Shown: positions 13,260 through 26,381, counted from the first letter of the stretch. The stretch is 64,000 bases of DNA from Macrostomum lignano (GCA_002269645.1 NIVC01000103.1:552122-616121), one strand, 5' to 3'. Notes: a model not told the origin generated them from the letters alone. Translations and numbers: made by a program.

Positions 13260-13862
13260 GACAGCAAGCATTCCTCAGACAGCAAGCATCCCTCAGACAG
13301 CAAGCATTCCTCAGACAGAAAGCGTCCCCTAGACAGCAAGCATTCCTCAGACAGCAAGCGTCCCCTAGACAGCAAGCATCCCCAGACAGCAAGCATCCCC
13401 CAGACAGCAAGCATCCCCAGACAGCAAGCATCCCCTACTAGACAGCAAGCATCCCCAGACAGCAAGCATCTAGACAGCAAGCATCCCCCAGACAGCAAGC
13501 ACCCAGACAGCAAGCATCCCCAGACAGCAAGCATCCTCCAGACAGCAAGCATCCCCCAGACAGCAAGCATCCCCCAGACAGCAAGCATCCCCAAACAGCA
13601 AGCATCCCCCAGACAGCAAGTATCCCCAGACAGCAAGCATCCTCCAGACAGCAAGCATCCCCCAGACAGCAAGCATCCTCCAGACAGCAAGCATCCCCCA
13701 GACAGCAAGCATCCCCCAGACAGCAAACATCCCCAAACAGCAAGCATCCCCCAGACAGCAAGTATCCCCAGACAGCAAGCATCCTCCAGACAGCAAGCAT
13801 CCCCCAGACAGCAAGCATCCCCAGACAGCAAGCATCCTCCAGACAGCAAGCATTCCCTAAAC
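13260..13862. repeat. 18/19-bp minisatellite (CAGACAGCAAGCATCCCC); left remnant at ~12528-12561
   Basis: Tandem copies. Source of the spurious GGCLLS/DACCLG ORFs. Confidence 0.96.
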
Positions 13863-14842
13863 AGCACGCAGTCGCTGAGCATTTTTCTATCCCTTGTATA
13901 TACTATATAGTGGTGCCAGTCAGCAAGCATCCAACAGACGTAGCAAGTACCCGAGACCCAAAGCACACACAGACAAACCATTTTTTGCAGTGCTAAAGCA
14001 TATATGGCTGATGCTGTCAAATACATAGCAATGATATACACAGTGAGTGATATATAGCAGTGAGGCCTATACACAGTTGCACAATACTTCAATACTTTTA
14101 AAGTGCACTGGCTGATATCTCTCCCTTATGCCAAAAAGCTTGTTTTTAATATGTTATTTAATTATTTATAGCTTGTAGCATTAGCTCAAGAAGTTGAAAA
14201 GTAGTCTATGGCCATAGACATATCGAGATCTCACTGCAATAAAAATACAATAATTTGATAGGGAAAATACAGTTTTTCAAGTATTTAACCATCTCCCAGT
14301 CAAATTTTACAATGCAATTATACCCACACAATCTCACAAGAATTTGCAATTGAATAAAGCAAGTTTTAAAAAAATTGGTTTAGGCATTCAGGCTGTAGAC
14401 TGGAATACCAGTCAAACAAACAAACAAACAAACAAACCTAAGAGATTTAGTATATTGAAATACCACAAATTGACTCTTAGGTTAGTTTAATGACTTTTAT
14501 GACTTATATACTATGATATCTCATTATTTTAGGTAAATTTAGTTATTTAAACTCATTTGTTATCCATGTTACATACAAAAATTCTGGGAAATATAAATGA
14601 CTCAGGGATACTATTTATGCTAGACTCTGGTTTTTATGCCAAGATATATGACATGCTGATTCAAGATAGACTTACAGTACACTAGAGATTTCTAATATAA
14701 ACTACATAGTCCATAGAATAACTATAGTATAAAGTTGATATTATACATTAGTATATTAATTTATGTCTATTAAGTCTATAGTTTATATCTATTTTATTTT
14801 AAAATTATATTTACATATTTCAGACCAACCATTTTTTGAACA

Positions 14843-17800
14843 ATGAGCAACTTTTCTCATCAGCTACATTCTTCATATGGCCATCCTGTACTGAGACATT
14901 GGGCAGCAAACATCAATGCCTTCTCTACTTACACCTTTGTCTATCCTGTGTTTATCAGGTAAATCTAGTGCCTACATTTTAGATTTAAATTACTATAACT
15001 TCCAAAGACCATAGGCTAGAATTGAGAGGCATAAAGTGTCCCCAGATTGAGTTAACTATTCAGCTAAGTACTGCTTTGTGCCCTTATAGTGAATAAAAAG
15101 GATCCCATATCCCATATCCAGTGACAACCCGGATGCCAATGAGGAGATTGCTAGCCTGCCAGGCCAGCGTCGCATTGGCACACAACACCTGCTGGAGTAC
15201 CTGGCGCCAGCAATTGCAGCGGGGCTCAAATCTGTGCTGCTATTCGGTGTCCTGAGTGGCTCGGAGAAAAAGGTGACTTAAAAATTTACAATTCTACTAT
15301 TAGGTAGTAAGAAGAATGGAGAGATGTTGGCATAGGCGTAGGAACGTTTCAAACAGTGGGGGGGGGCAGGTTCAGTGACGGATTTAGGGGGCGGGGGGCG
15401 CACGCCCCCCGTCGAGTTAGATTTTTTTGTATTGAAAATGCACATTATCATGTACCGATTATTTTCAGAATCCATCTTCTCAGCACTCATTTTATAAAGC
15501 ACCGCAGGCACTCATTTTGGCGCCGCAGGCACTCATTTTAGCGCCGCAGGCACTCATTTTGGCGCCGCAGGCACTCATTTTAGCGCCGCAGGCACTCATT
15601 TTAGCGCCGCAGGCACTCATTTTGGCGCCGCAGGCACTCATTTTGGCGCCGCAGGCACTCATTTTAGCGCCGCAGGCACTCATTTTAGCGCCGCAGGCAC
15701 TCATTTTAGCGCCGCAGGCACTCATTTTAGCGCCGCAGGCACTCATTTTAGCGCCGCAGGCACTCATTTTGGCGCCGCAGGCACTCATTTTGGCGCCGCA
15801 GGCACTCATTTTGGCGCCGCAGGCACTCATTTTGGCGCCGCAGGCACTCATTTTAGCGCCGCAGGCACTCATTTAAGCGCCGCAGGCACTCATTTTGGCG
15901 CCGCAGGCGCTATGTTTTGTCGTCCTGCAGCAAAATGCATTCATGCAAAGCATCAAAAACCAGAAATAAGCAAGAATTCTATATTTTACATTTAAAATGT
16001 GGAGGGGCCAGATACCATTACTGCCCCCCCCCCATTTTAAAAAGTGGGGGGGGCATGGCCCCACTGCCCCCCCGTTCCTACGCCTATGGATGTTGGTACA
16101 GCTACACCGACAAAGTCGGGGCCAGTGTAGCCTCAGTGTACCCTGGGGTTCAATTCTGCGCAAATCCGCAAATCGGCACAGAAATCTTCCAAGCCCAAGG
16201 CACAGAGAGAGTTTACAATGTACATGCCTGACGATTAGAAAGTCAGGGCCACTGTACACCCCGTGTCAGGGGGTGTCTCTGTCTATGTATTCGTGTGCGT
16301 GCTGAGTACAGGTCAGATAGGATTAAAATTTTCCGGTATCGGGTGGCATCTTCTGGATTATTAATTTTTGCCGGGATCATACAATCTCGGGGATGAGGAT
16401 CAGGATCGGGATGAGGACCAATCTGGAAAGATTTTTACGAGGCTCATGATCGGGATTGGCAATCCTTAGTTTTTTTATTTTGCTGCTTTATTTTTTCAAA
16501 ATGAGGGTAGCAACACTGATTGGGATTGGGATCGGGATACAGATCGGGACCAGGATCGGGAGACCAGGATCGGGATAGGGACCAAGTTCGGGACCAAGAT
16601 CGGGATCGGGATCGGGACCAGGATCAGGATCGGGATCAGGATCGGGATCAGGATTGGGATCAGGATTGGGAGACGAAGATCGGGATCAGGACCAGGATCA
16701 GGAGCAGGATCGGGACCAGGATCAGGATCAGGATCGGGATCGGGAGACCAGGATTGGGATCGGGATCGGGATGGTGACCAGGATCGGGACCGGGATCGGG
16801 ATCGGGACCAGGATCGGGATGGTGACCAGGACCGGGATCGGGACCGGGATCGGGACCGGGATCGGGACCGGGATCGGGACCGGGATCGGGACCGGGATCG
16901 GGACCGGGATCGGGACCGGGATCGGGATCGGGATCGAGATCAGAACCGGGATCGGGACTAGGACCAGGATCGGGATATCAATAGTGCTCAGGGCTCAGCG
17001 TAATGGGCAATAACTGCTTGTCTCCGTGATGCCTTCGGGTCGACTGATTTGCGACACTGCCTAAAAGTCTCCTAACTTATTCAAAGACACTTAAGAACTG
17101 TTTTTCAGGTTTGAAAAATTTACCATCACTTTTAGGTATCTTGGAAAAGCTCAAAATATTAGATTTTACTACTAAAACATAGGAAATGGGACTTTTTACT
17201 TAATCCGAGTGAATTGTTCAATGCAGTCGTATCCCAATTGTCACGAAAGCTAGTGGCTTAAATCTTGTTGTCAACTACAGCTAATGTATTGATTGTCCTA
17301 AAGCTAGGTTATGATAATAGATTTATTTGCAATGCTAATATAGAATTTATTGATTATTCCATCGATATCTGTTCGTTTTAAGTCTTAGCTATTCACTGAT
17401 AATAAATAGTCTTAAGTAGTGTTAAAACAACTATAAGTTAGAGTGATATTACTGACAAGTAGTAAAGGGAGGTATTTGGAGTCAAAGCTCTTCCCTCGAT
17501 GATTTATCACGTACCGAAACTTTTAAAGAGCTTTTATTTTGTAACACTTCAAGTCGGCATGCGATTCCAGACATTTTTGAGGAAGGCAAGACAACGCCTT
17601 TAGCGACATGGTCCCACAACCACCGCTGACGGGAATTCTGTACATCCTCTGACTCCTGAGCATTTACAACCCGCACCAATACTGTACGCAGGCACGCACT
17701 TATACCCACGCTCACACAGGGTGTACAGCGATCTTGACTCTCGAATCGTCAGGTGGCGCCCTGGTGTCAATGAGTCAGTACTTACATCTGTACTATTAGC

Positions 17801-20457
17801 ATGCTACTTTGAAAATGCCACACCGTCACGCCATCGCCAAGGACTCGATCGGTTCTCTGGCTAGCCAGCCTGGCAACCCGATCCCGCCAGCCATCGAGCT
17901 GTTGCGTCAGGCGCATCCCAACTTGTTAATCGCTTGCGACGTTTGCCTGTGCGCCTACACCAGCCACGGCCACTGCGGCGTGCTCGACTCCGACGGTCGA
18001 ATCGACAGCGCGCTTAGCGCTCGACGAATCGCCGATTCAGCGATTTACTACGCTAAAGCCGGTGCGCACGTTGTTGCGCCATCGGACATGATGGACGGCC
18101 GAGTGCGGGAGATCAAAGAGGCGCTGCAGGATAGAAGCCTGTTAGACAAAGTGGCTGTGCTGAGCTACGCCTGCAAATTCGCGTCCGCCTTCTATGGACC
18201 GTTTAGGTTTGATTGCTATTGAATTTTGATTTGGGGCGGACTTTGTCATTTAGCCAAGTTATGTGCGTGGGCGGCTAAGACTGATAATGTGTGTGCTTGG
18301 GCGGATGGTCTTTGGTCATCTTCTATGAGCATATTTGCGTAGGCGGATGCAGCTCTAGTCGTTGTATGTGCGTGGACGGTTACAGCTCTAGTCAGTGTAC
18401 CGTATGTGTGTGGGCGGATGCAGCTCTAGTCGTTTGTGCGTGGACGGATGCAGCTCTAATCAGTGTATGTGCATGGGCGGATGATCTTTGGTCATGTGTG
18501 AATGCGTGGGCGGATTATCTTTGGCCATGGTGTACGCGTGGCAGTGGGCGGATGGTCTTTGGACAAGGTGTGTGCGTGGGCGAATGAACTTTGGTCATGG
18601 TGTGTGCGTGGGCGGGTGCTCTTTGGTCATGGTGTGTGCGTGGGCGGGTGATCTTTGGCCATGGTGTGTGCGTGGGCGGATGATCTTTGGTCATGGGGTG
18701 TGCGTGGGCGGATGATCTTTGGTCATGGTGTGTGTGTGCGTGGGCGGGTGCTCTTTGGTCATGGTGTGTGCGTGGGCGGATGATCTTTGGTCATGGTGTG
18801 TGCGTGGGCGGATGATGGAATGCAGAAGTGACGCCTGAAATTTCTACAATTCGAGTTCTTCTTGAACTTTGCAGGGACGCGGCTCAAAGCGCTCCGAGTT
18901 TCGGCGATCGCAGCCGCTACCAACTGCCGCCGCGGTCTGCTGCCCTCGCCATTCGAGCCGCTGTAAGCGAAACTGCAATAAGAATAATATAAACACGAGT
19001 TTAATGCAAACACTATTGAATAAATAAAATAATTGCTTCTAGGAAAGAGACGTTGATGAAGGCGCCGATATGTTGATGGTGAAGCCTGGCACAGCTTATT
19101 TAGACATTGTGAGCCAAGTGCATCAGAAGGTGAGTTGGAAAATTTTACTCAGCTGCTTTTTTCTTAATCCGAATGGTACTTGAGTAAAGCCAGCTTAATT
19201 TACAAATTGCAGTTCCCGAATCACCCGCTGGCAATTTATCACGTGTCAGGCGAGTTCGCCATGCTCTGGCACGGTGCCAAGGCTGGGGCCTTTGACTTTA
19301 AGCGTATCTCGCTTGAGGTATTCGGTTCTATGCTGCGAGCAGGTGAGCTCTCGCTGGCTACTAACGGGTGTTTATCAGTTGATACAGGTGTTTATCCGTG
19401 TCTGACGGGAGTGTTTATCAGTGCGTCAGTGTTGATACAGGTGTTTATCTGTGTCATATAGATGTGTTTATCTGTGTCTGATGGGTGTGTTTATCCGTGT
19501 CTGATGGGTGTGTTTATCCGTGTCTGATGGGTGTGTTTATCCGTGTCAGATAAGTGTGTTTATCCGTGTCTGATGGGTCTGTTTATCCGTGTCAGATGGG
19601 TGTGTTTATCTGTGTCAGGTGGGTGTGTTTATCTGTGTCTGATGGGTCTGTTTATCCGTGTCAGTTGGGTGTGTTTTTCCGTGTCTGATGGGTGTGTTTA
19701 TCTGTGTGAGGTGGGTGTGTTTATCCGTGTCTGATGGGTGTGTTTATCCGTGTCTGATGGGTCTGTTTATCCGTGTCAGATGGGTGTGTTTATCCGTGTC
19801 AGTTGGGTGTGTTTATCCGTGTCAGTTGGGTGTGTTTATCCGTGTCTGATGGGTGTGTTTATCCGTGTCTGATGGGTCTGTTTATCTGTGTCAGGTGGGT
19901 GTGTTTATCCGTGTCTGATGGGTCTGTTTATCCGTGTCAGATGGGTGTGTTTATCCGTGTCAGTTGGGTGTGTTTATCCGTGTCAGTTGGGTGTGTTTAT
20001 CCGTGTCTGATGGGTGTGTTTATCCGTGTCTGATGGGTCTGTTTATCTGTGTCAGGTGGGTGTGTTTATCCGTGTCTGATGGGTCTGTTTATCCGTGTCA
20101 GGTGGGTGTGTTTATCCGTGTCTGATGGGTGTGTTTATCCGTGTCTGATGGGTGTGTTTATTTGTCAGTTGGGTGTGTTTATCCGTGTCAGGTGGGTGTG
20201 TTTATACGCGTCTGATAAGTGTGTTTATCCGTGTCAGGTGGGTGTGTTTATCCGTGTCAGATGGGTGTGTTTATCCGCGTCTGATGGGTGTGTTTATTTG
20301 TCAGATAGTTGTGTTTTTTGTATGATGGATGTGTTTATATATCAGGTGAATGTGTTTGTCTGTATTTAACCCGTGTAATTCTTCAGGAGCCAACATAATC
20401 ATCTCGTACGCTACCCCGATGGCGCTGGAGTGGATTCGTGAGGACAGCCTGGTTTAG
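14843..20457 (+). CDS. ALAD: Delta-aminolevulinic acid dehydratase (porphobilinogen synthase), 7 exons, 335 aa
   Basis: Exons 14843-14958, 15122-15272, 17842-18206, 18875-18962, 19043-19129, 19213-19342 and 20387-20457. All introns are GT-AG and the frame is preserved (1008 nt). Zn-binding [24 protein letters not shown], catalytic Lys in KFAS and [15 protein letters not shown]. Confidence 0.97.
15331..16088. mobile_element. MITE with 16-bp TIRs and 8-bp TSD, carrying a 21-bp minisatellite (ALAD intron 2)
   Basis: Perfect TIRs CATAGGCGTAGGAACG / CGTTCCTACGCCTATG. Perfect TSD GATGTTGG at 15323-15330 and 16089-16096. Confidence 0.93.
15485..15910. repeat. 21-bp minisatellite (GCGCCGCAGGCACTCATTTT[A/G])
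   Basis: About 20 tandem copies. The same unit occurs inverted at 62765-62897. Confidence 0.97.
16108..16305 (+). mobile_element. Diverged SINE family A-related copy
   Basis: Shares CCCAAGGCACAG...TGTACATGCC..ACGAT...AAAGT.AGGGCC.CTGTACAC with the reverse complement of the 28.5 kb SINE. Confidence 0.65.
16307..16975. repeat. GGGATC/GGGACC hexamer-based array; head resembles the 25017 MITE terminus
   Basis: Starts TACAGGTCAGATAGG, compared with TAGAGGTCAGACAGA at 25017. No right TIR found. Confidence 0.8.
17575..17760 (-). mobile_element. Headless SINE family A-related fragment
   Basis: The reverse complement has CCTGACGATTCGAGAGTCAAGATCGCTGTACACCCTGTGTGAG and GGTTGTGGGACCATGTCGCTAAAG, matching the family A body and 3' end. 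Confidence 0.6.
18260..18815. repeat. ~32-bp minisatellite in ALAD intron 3
   Basis: Unit GGTGTGTGCGTGGGCGGATGATCTTTGGTCAT, degenerate toward the 5' side. Confidence 0.93.
19365..20350. repeat. 23-bp minisatellite in ALAD intron 6
   Basis: Unit CTGATGGGTGTGTTTATCCGTGT fills almost the whole intron. Confidence 0.96.
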
Positions 20458-20816
20458 AATTAACACTGATGTGTCGCAATATTCAATACGCTGTCTTACT
20501 ACTAGAAGTAGTGTGTTAAGTGACTATCGATATTGATAAATTATGCATTATGAAACTGCGTTTCTTCCTGTATTTTTTGAAATACAATTGCTAGTAAAAA
20601 TTGTTTTCAATGCAATATTTTAAGTAATGCTCCACGAAGAGCACCACTTCGATCTGGTGAAAGTACTTTTACACATTCCTGATATTTAAATAATTATAAA
20701 GCAACAGAGGTGTGGTAAATCAAAATCAACAAAAACCCACGTGTTTCTGTTTATTTATAGATAGAAAAGGCGAATGACTGGATGAACTCGGGGCTGGCGG
20801 GGCATACAGCTGTCAG

Positions 20817-21527
20817 CTATAGCCGTTCATCGTCAAAGAACAGAATTCCAATGAGCAGCGCGGCACCGACCAGGACGGCTTTTGTATGGACGGACAAGCC
20901 GGCATCTGGCTGCAGGTCCAGCTCAATAAAGCTGCCCCACTCGCTCATCAGCAGCTCTTTAGCGGTGTCGCCGATTTGTCTTGTCCGACGCAGCCGGCCG
21001 ATCTCTCTGGTCATGTCGCACGACATCAGGCTCACTGATTGGACGTATCTAGGACAGGTGCATTGACAGTACCTGGGCCCCACTAGGTGCACAGTGCTTG
21101 ATGATGCTTCATGTTCATCTCCCGTCAGCGCTGTGTAGCTCACGGTGCACATGCTGGCCTGCTGGCGGACAAAGCCGATGACGGTGCCCGGAGGCGCTTC
21201 AACGGTCAGGCTGTCACGGCAGGTGAAGCAGCAGCCGCCGAGCTGGAGCTGGCAGTTGCACACGCAGCCTCTGGTGTAGCGAATCACTTCGCTGTCTGGA
21301 TTGTCCGCGTAGGACTGCTGCAGGCTGGTCACTTTGATGAGGAAGGCACGGTCGGCCTCGCATAGGACCCTGTTCCAGAAGCCGGTCTCTTCTTTTGCTA
21401 GAAGCAGCGGTAGGCCAATCTCGTTGCAGATCTCAAATTTACTGTTGGTCTCGCAGCCGCAGACAACATCTAGTAGGTCGATATTGCGTCTGATTTTGAT
21501 GCGGCGAAGATCTGCGAGGCAGTCCAT
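20817..21527 (-). CDS. Phospholipid scramblase family protein, 236 aa (no intron in this ORF; an upstream exon is possible)
   Basis: Scramblase motifs CGCETNSKFEI, LAKEE, a Cys-rich CCFTC segment, VEAPPGTVIGFVRQ and a C-terminal helix KAVLVGAALLIGILFFD. An in-frame acceptor CCAAG lies 9 nt before the ATG. Confidence 0.9.
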   Translation of the reverse strand: MDCLADLRRIKIRRNIDLLDVVCGCETNSKFEICNEIGLPLLLAKEETGFWNRVLCEADRAFLIKVTSLQQSYADNPDSEVIRYTRGCVCNCQLQLGGCCFTCRDSLTVEAPPGTVIGFVRQQASMCTVSYTALTGDEHEASSSTVHLVGPRYCQCTCPRYVQSVSLMSCDMTREIGRLRRTRQIGDTAKELLMSEWGSFIELDLQPDAGLSVHTKAVLVGAALLIGILFFDDERL

Positions 21528-23929
21528 CTGCGCCTCCTTGGAATAATTATTGGGCTGCAGGTTTTCAGCCTAGCCCTAAGTGCAATTATGCATATTTTTG
21601 GCCGAATGTAAAAGGCTTTATTCAACAGGATTTAGCAGGCGTCAAGATCGTTGAATCATTGTGCAGTCTGATTTGAGATTCGACTTTTATCATTGCATTC
21701 ATTGCAAGTTTGTATTTCACAATGTAGCTACTTTGTTAATTCTTGGATCTATGGTCAAATTTTAGTTAGCTACCAGTCGCAAAAGTGCGCATTGAGATGA
21801 GCATAAAAAGCTAAATGCAATTTCTATTTTTAGCTACCTCTGCTTGTTTTCCCAATTCTATTTAATTGGAATTATAGCTATATGTATGCATGACATGTAT
21901 TTTTGATAAATTGTCAAAGTTAAGTATAGTAACTTCCCCGTACAATGCAAATTGGCTGAGGGTGACCTCTTCTTTCACTGAATTCCAAAGCGCAGTACGC
22001 AGTCTGCTTGAGATCAGGTACATGTTACACATAACAGGTACATATGTACATGTTAGCTTCATTCTAAGCGTACAGTACAGTGTACATGTACATACGAGCG
22101 TATGTAGACAGCAGCTCTTCTAGCTTCCTGATTCTGGGTCAATGAAATCGCAATACAAACGACCGAGAGTCCGATCGATTGCTGCCTGTGCTGCCGGACT
22201 CCCTATCGCACTTTTATATCTTGCGTCGCGCTAGTATTTCGGCGGCTTATAATTTGCATTCAGTTAATTTGGCGTCGAAGTTTGAACCCGGTTCTTGAAT
22301 TGTCTGAATTGTTCTCCTGTGGTTGATGCTCGGCGGCAGATTCTTGCAAAGCATCATCCTTTCTTGGGTGTCAATTAATCTTCAGGGGAGTTTCGTCGGC
22401 GTTTTCATGCCGTCTTATATTGGTGTCCTGCTTTTTATCTGAACGGGAATTCGCGTCTTTCGAAGCTGCAATTGTAAACATGTCTGTCTTACACGTATTG
22501 CTTCAGTAACTTTGGTAAGGATTTCGTTGTAGCAACAACAGACGTACTCTATTTTTACTTTTTCTAGAGACATGACATAAAGGAATAAATTGCCGTAACA
22601 AAATGGCTCTTATTAGGTTTCATGTTAAAAAAGCCGTTGTTAGGATTACTTATGTAAAAAATACTATTTACCCTTTTTATCACTTTTAAAAACTGATCGG
22701 CTAGAAATTTGCCAAACTTGGCATAAAAGACAAAGTAAGTCAACCCTTGATAATAGAAATTCGTTTTAACAAGCCAAAAGAAACCACGCACCTATTCGCC
22801 TTCATATATTGTAATGTTTTTTAATGTACAATTACTCACAGCACTGGTTGATCTGCTTACACGCATCTCGCGCCGGCGCCGACTTAACTACAATGGTTTA
22901 TTTATTTATTACTTTACATTTCTATTACTTTTACTTTACTAATTTGCTACCTAAATATTACACTTTACTTTAAACTTAATGTAATAATTTGTCAAGTTAA
23001 TAATAATTATTATTAGGCCTTAACCTAACCTGGTCCTAGGCCCATAATATACTCATAGACTAGTCTACATCTACAACACTTAAACATGTGGGCTCTACTT
23101 AAACTAACACTAGTTTAACTGAAAAAGTATTTTTGTTGAGCTGATTTGCTTGCTATTTGCTTAATGTAATGAATGTCAAGGCAGCCTTATAAAGTGTTGC
23201 CTATACTATAGTCTAGATATAAATGGTGAAATCTATCAATGGTGCTAGGGCCTAGTTTTGATTAAAAAAATAAATTATAATAAAGAGAGCAATCAGGCTC
23301 GACTGACAGGTCTGTGCTTCCTTGATGTCTCGTAAAGAGGCAGGATGTGCATTGTGCATAGGTGACTTGTGGTACCGAGGGCACATGCTCCTGCAGAAAA
23401 TGAGTAAATGTGGTAATTTTTTATAGTGCTTTTTCTGATTTTAGGCCCTAATTAACAGCTTATAAAGGTACCTGTGCCCCCTTGCCCTGTCCTGTGCCTG
23501 GTGACCCCCCCCCCCCTAAAATATTCTAAGGCTCCGTCGCTTCTAAGGCTATGATAGGCCTATGATATGCACCACTATGCCACAATGGGGCCAGAAACTA
23601 GATATTCTGCTTAGGCTACAAATATGGATCCAGCATAGGCTACAGCCACAAGAGCAGTATCTGGTTGAACAGCTTAGCAGTGCAAGACTATAAGCAGATA
23701 ATTGATGCTCCTCAAGCCATATATGGTACTTAGGACTTCTTCAAGTTTATGTTGATAAATAAGTTGCAATTTTGACAGGATCATAATTCTGTCTCTAAAG
23801 GGGTTTTTGATAGTGCTAATTTCAAAGTTGAGCTTCATTTTTTGGTAGCTTCAACCTAACTATATGTAGCTTAATACCAATTACCAGGGCATAGGGAATG
23901 GGGGGTTTAGGGTGGGGAGATTCTTCATA

Positions 23930-24470
23930 GGGATTCACTTTATTAACATAAACTTTAAAAGAGGCATAGAGACCTATTCAAGATGGTGTTGATAAATTCT
24001 AGACTCATGGTATAAGGGTGGACCTTACCAGGTCAATGACCAAATAGGCTAAGTAGGCATAGGAGAATGTGATGAGGGTTTTTAGGATAAGGGATTCTTT
24101 ATAGAAATTGATTTTATCAACATAAACTTGAATAGAGGCATTGAGACCTATTCAAAATGATGTTGATAAATTCTAGACTTCGGGGGAAGGGTAGACCCTA
24201 GGGCCTACTAAAAGGTCAATGACCAAATATTGGAACATGAGAAATAGGTGTTAGGGTGGGAGACCTTTGATAGGGGTTGATTTTATAGACATAAACTTGA
24301 ATAAAGCCCTAGAGACCTATTAAAAAAGGTGTTGATGAATTTCATACTTAGGGGAAGAGGGGTAGACCTTACCAAAAAGGTCAATAACCAACCAGGGTAT
24401 CAAATAGGATAAGGGTTTTTTTGGATGGGGTATACTTCATGAAGGTTGATTTTATCAATGTGAACTTGAA
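23930..24470. repeat. Degenerate ~170-bp tandem repeat, about 3 copies
   Basis: CATAAACTT...GAGACCTATT...GTTGAT.AATT block at 23947, 24121 and 24290. Confidence 0.8.
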
Positions 24471-25016
24471 TATTATAGATATTTATAGTATGCTTAATTA
24501 TTTACATTGCTAAATTATTCAGCAAGGTATTAATATAGAACACAATGGCAAAGGTAGCAACAAATCAGAATGTGGGAGACGAGTAGCACATCATGGATAT
24601 GGCAAATTTAAAAAAGAGGAAACTGTAATGTAGCAATTTTTTTACATTATAACAAAACTCAGTATCAAATTTAATAAAATCATTTTTATTCACTATAAAT
24701 TGTTATTTGAGAATGGTTAATATTACTTGTGATTTCTTATTTTATATTCATAAAACATGTTAACTAAACATGTTTTTTTAAATAGAAAATTCAATGAAAT
24801 TTTTTATTAAATTCTCATTGAAACCATAGGGGATCAATAAACCAATGTTGCATTACCACTGAATGAATTTTTTTGGTGATTTTTTTGCTTTTTTTCATTT
24901 TGGGCATCCCCCAAGTGTCTTGTGAAAATTTCAGAAAAATTGGAAAATCAAAAGTATTTTATCAAAATTAAAACTTGAAGAAGTCCAATACTTGGCTTCT
25001 TTGGAATAATATCAAT

Positions 25017-25479
25017 TAGAGGTCAGACAGAATTGAAATCTTCAGGTGGGATCTGGATTGGGAATAATTTTTTTCTTGGGATTGGGATTGGGATTAGGAT
25101 TTGGGAATCAAGATTAGGTCTTTTATTTAGCATATTGTAGTTTGTAGGTCCATATAAAGTTAAACAAAATTGAACAAAAAAATGTCAAGATCAAAAAGTT
25201 AAACATAAAAAAATGGATGCAAAGTTTTGTAACCAACAAAGTGATAATATTATAGGTACAAGTTAAAACAAAAAACATTCAAGTAATCACTAATTCTATA
25301 AATTTTGAATCAAAAGATGTGTTCCAATTCTCATGTTTTTTAGGGTTGGGATCCTGGTCCCGCAGGAATCCAATTTTCCTTGGGATCCTGAGATATTGGG
25401 ATTGGGATCGTGGTCCCGCAGGAATCCAATTTTCCTTGGGATCCTGAGATATTGGGATTGGGATCCTGTCTGACCTCTA
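25017..25479. mobile_element. hAT-like MITE with GGGAT-rich interior
   Basis: TIRs TAGAGGTCAGACAG / CTGTCTGACCTCTA. Flanks ATATCAAT / ATAACAAT (7/8 TSD match). Internal ~59-bp duplication near the 3' end. Confidence 0.85.
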
Positions 25480-26381
25480 ATAACAATATATACTATTGTC
25501 TAGTTCATTCATTAGGTACTAGTGGCTAGTGCAAATGCAAACTGTCCAACTCACTTGAAAGCATGCATTTCATCACACTGGCAATCTTGCTAGCTATACA
25601 ATAGAGTTGTAACACCTTGATGGGAACCTTGTCTATAGACCTAGTACTCTGTTACTCAAAGTTCTTAGGATGAGCATCATAATATCAGCTATGCTGACTA
25701 GGCTCCTAGGACTATATTGAAACTATCTTTTGTCAGCAATGGTATCCCTAGCAATGGGCCAATAGCCTCAAATCATTTTACAAGCATATTTACAATAGTA
25801 GCAAAGAGCTTGTGTAGCTCATTTTTGTGCTTATCTGGAATATTGCCACCTAGGTTAAGTGGCATGTGCTGCTTACCAAAATAAACCATAAAAAATATTG
25901 ATAGCAGATTAGGCTATATGCCCTTTGGTATTTGGTCTAGTGGCAGTGATAGCCTAGATTGTATCATCAATAGTGGCCTATTGCTGCTGCAAATAGATAG
26001 CCACCAAAGTTTTCTCCACCTTACAAGTTGGCTACCTGATAAATCCTTTTTGACTTTAACTTTGCCCAGACATGTCAGGGCTTATGGGGGGATTGCTTAG
26101 GTGTCAAGGCTCATAGGTCAGGAGCTACTTGTAAATTATTCAAACATTTTAGTCAATGCTTTGTAGCCTTCTTTGGGTGCTGACTTCTGGCTAGATTTTT
26201 ATAATCTAATTTAAAAGGCCTACTTTTAGGATTATATATCAAAATGTTTAATATTGAGATTCTCCCTTTGACTTCTAAGATGAAAAATATTTGCAAACTT
26301 TTTCAGCTAAAATAAATTATTCACGCTCAATGAAATGAATTGGAAGTAATAAATTGTGTTGCCACACTTAAAAGTACCCAG

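Noticed and set aside
13169-14092. 307-aa Cys/Leu-rich ORF and other repeat-derived ORFs (15492, 16654, 19531-20369, 29114-29999, 32435, 41317, 46200, 54613-60250)
   Set aside because: The periodicity equals the DNA unit, the ORFs are open in several frames, and many lie within introns of well-supported genes.
16225-16260. Hammerhead ribozyme (CTGACGA...GAAA) in the SINE central domain; also CTGATGAG at ~27560 on the minus strand
   Set aside because: No proper stem II/III or NUH cleavage triplet. The first folds as a simple hairpin, and the second lacks GAAA and lies in RT-coding sequence.
22095-22480. Upstream coding exon of the scramblase
   Set aside because: An acceptor and a donor exist, but every frame has stops and the phase does not match. 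At most it is UTR.
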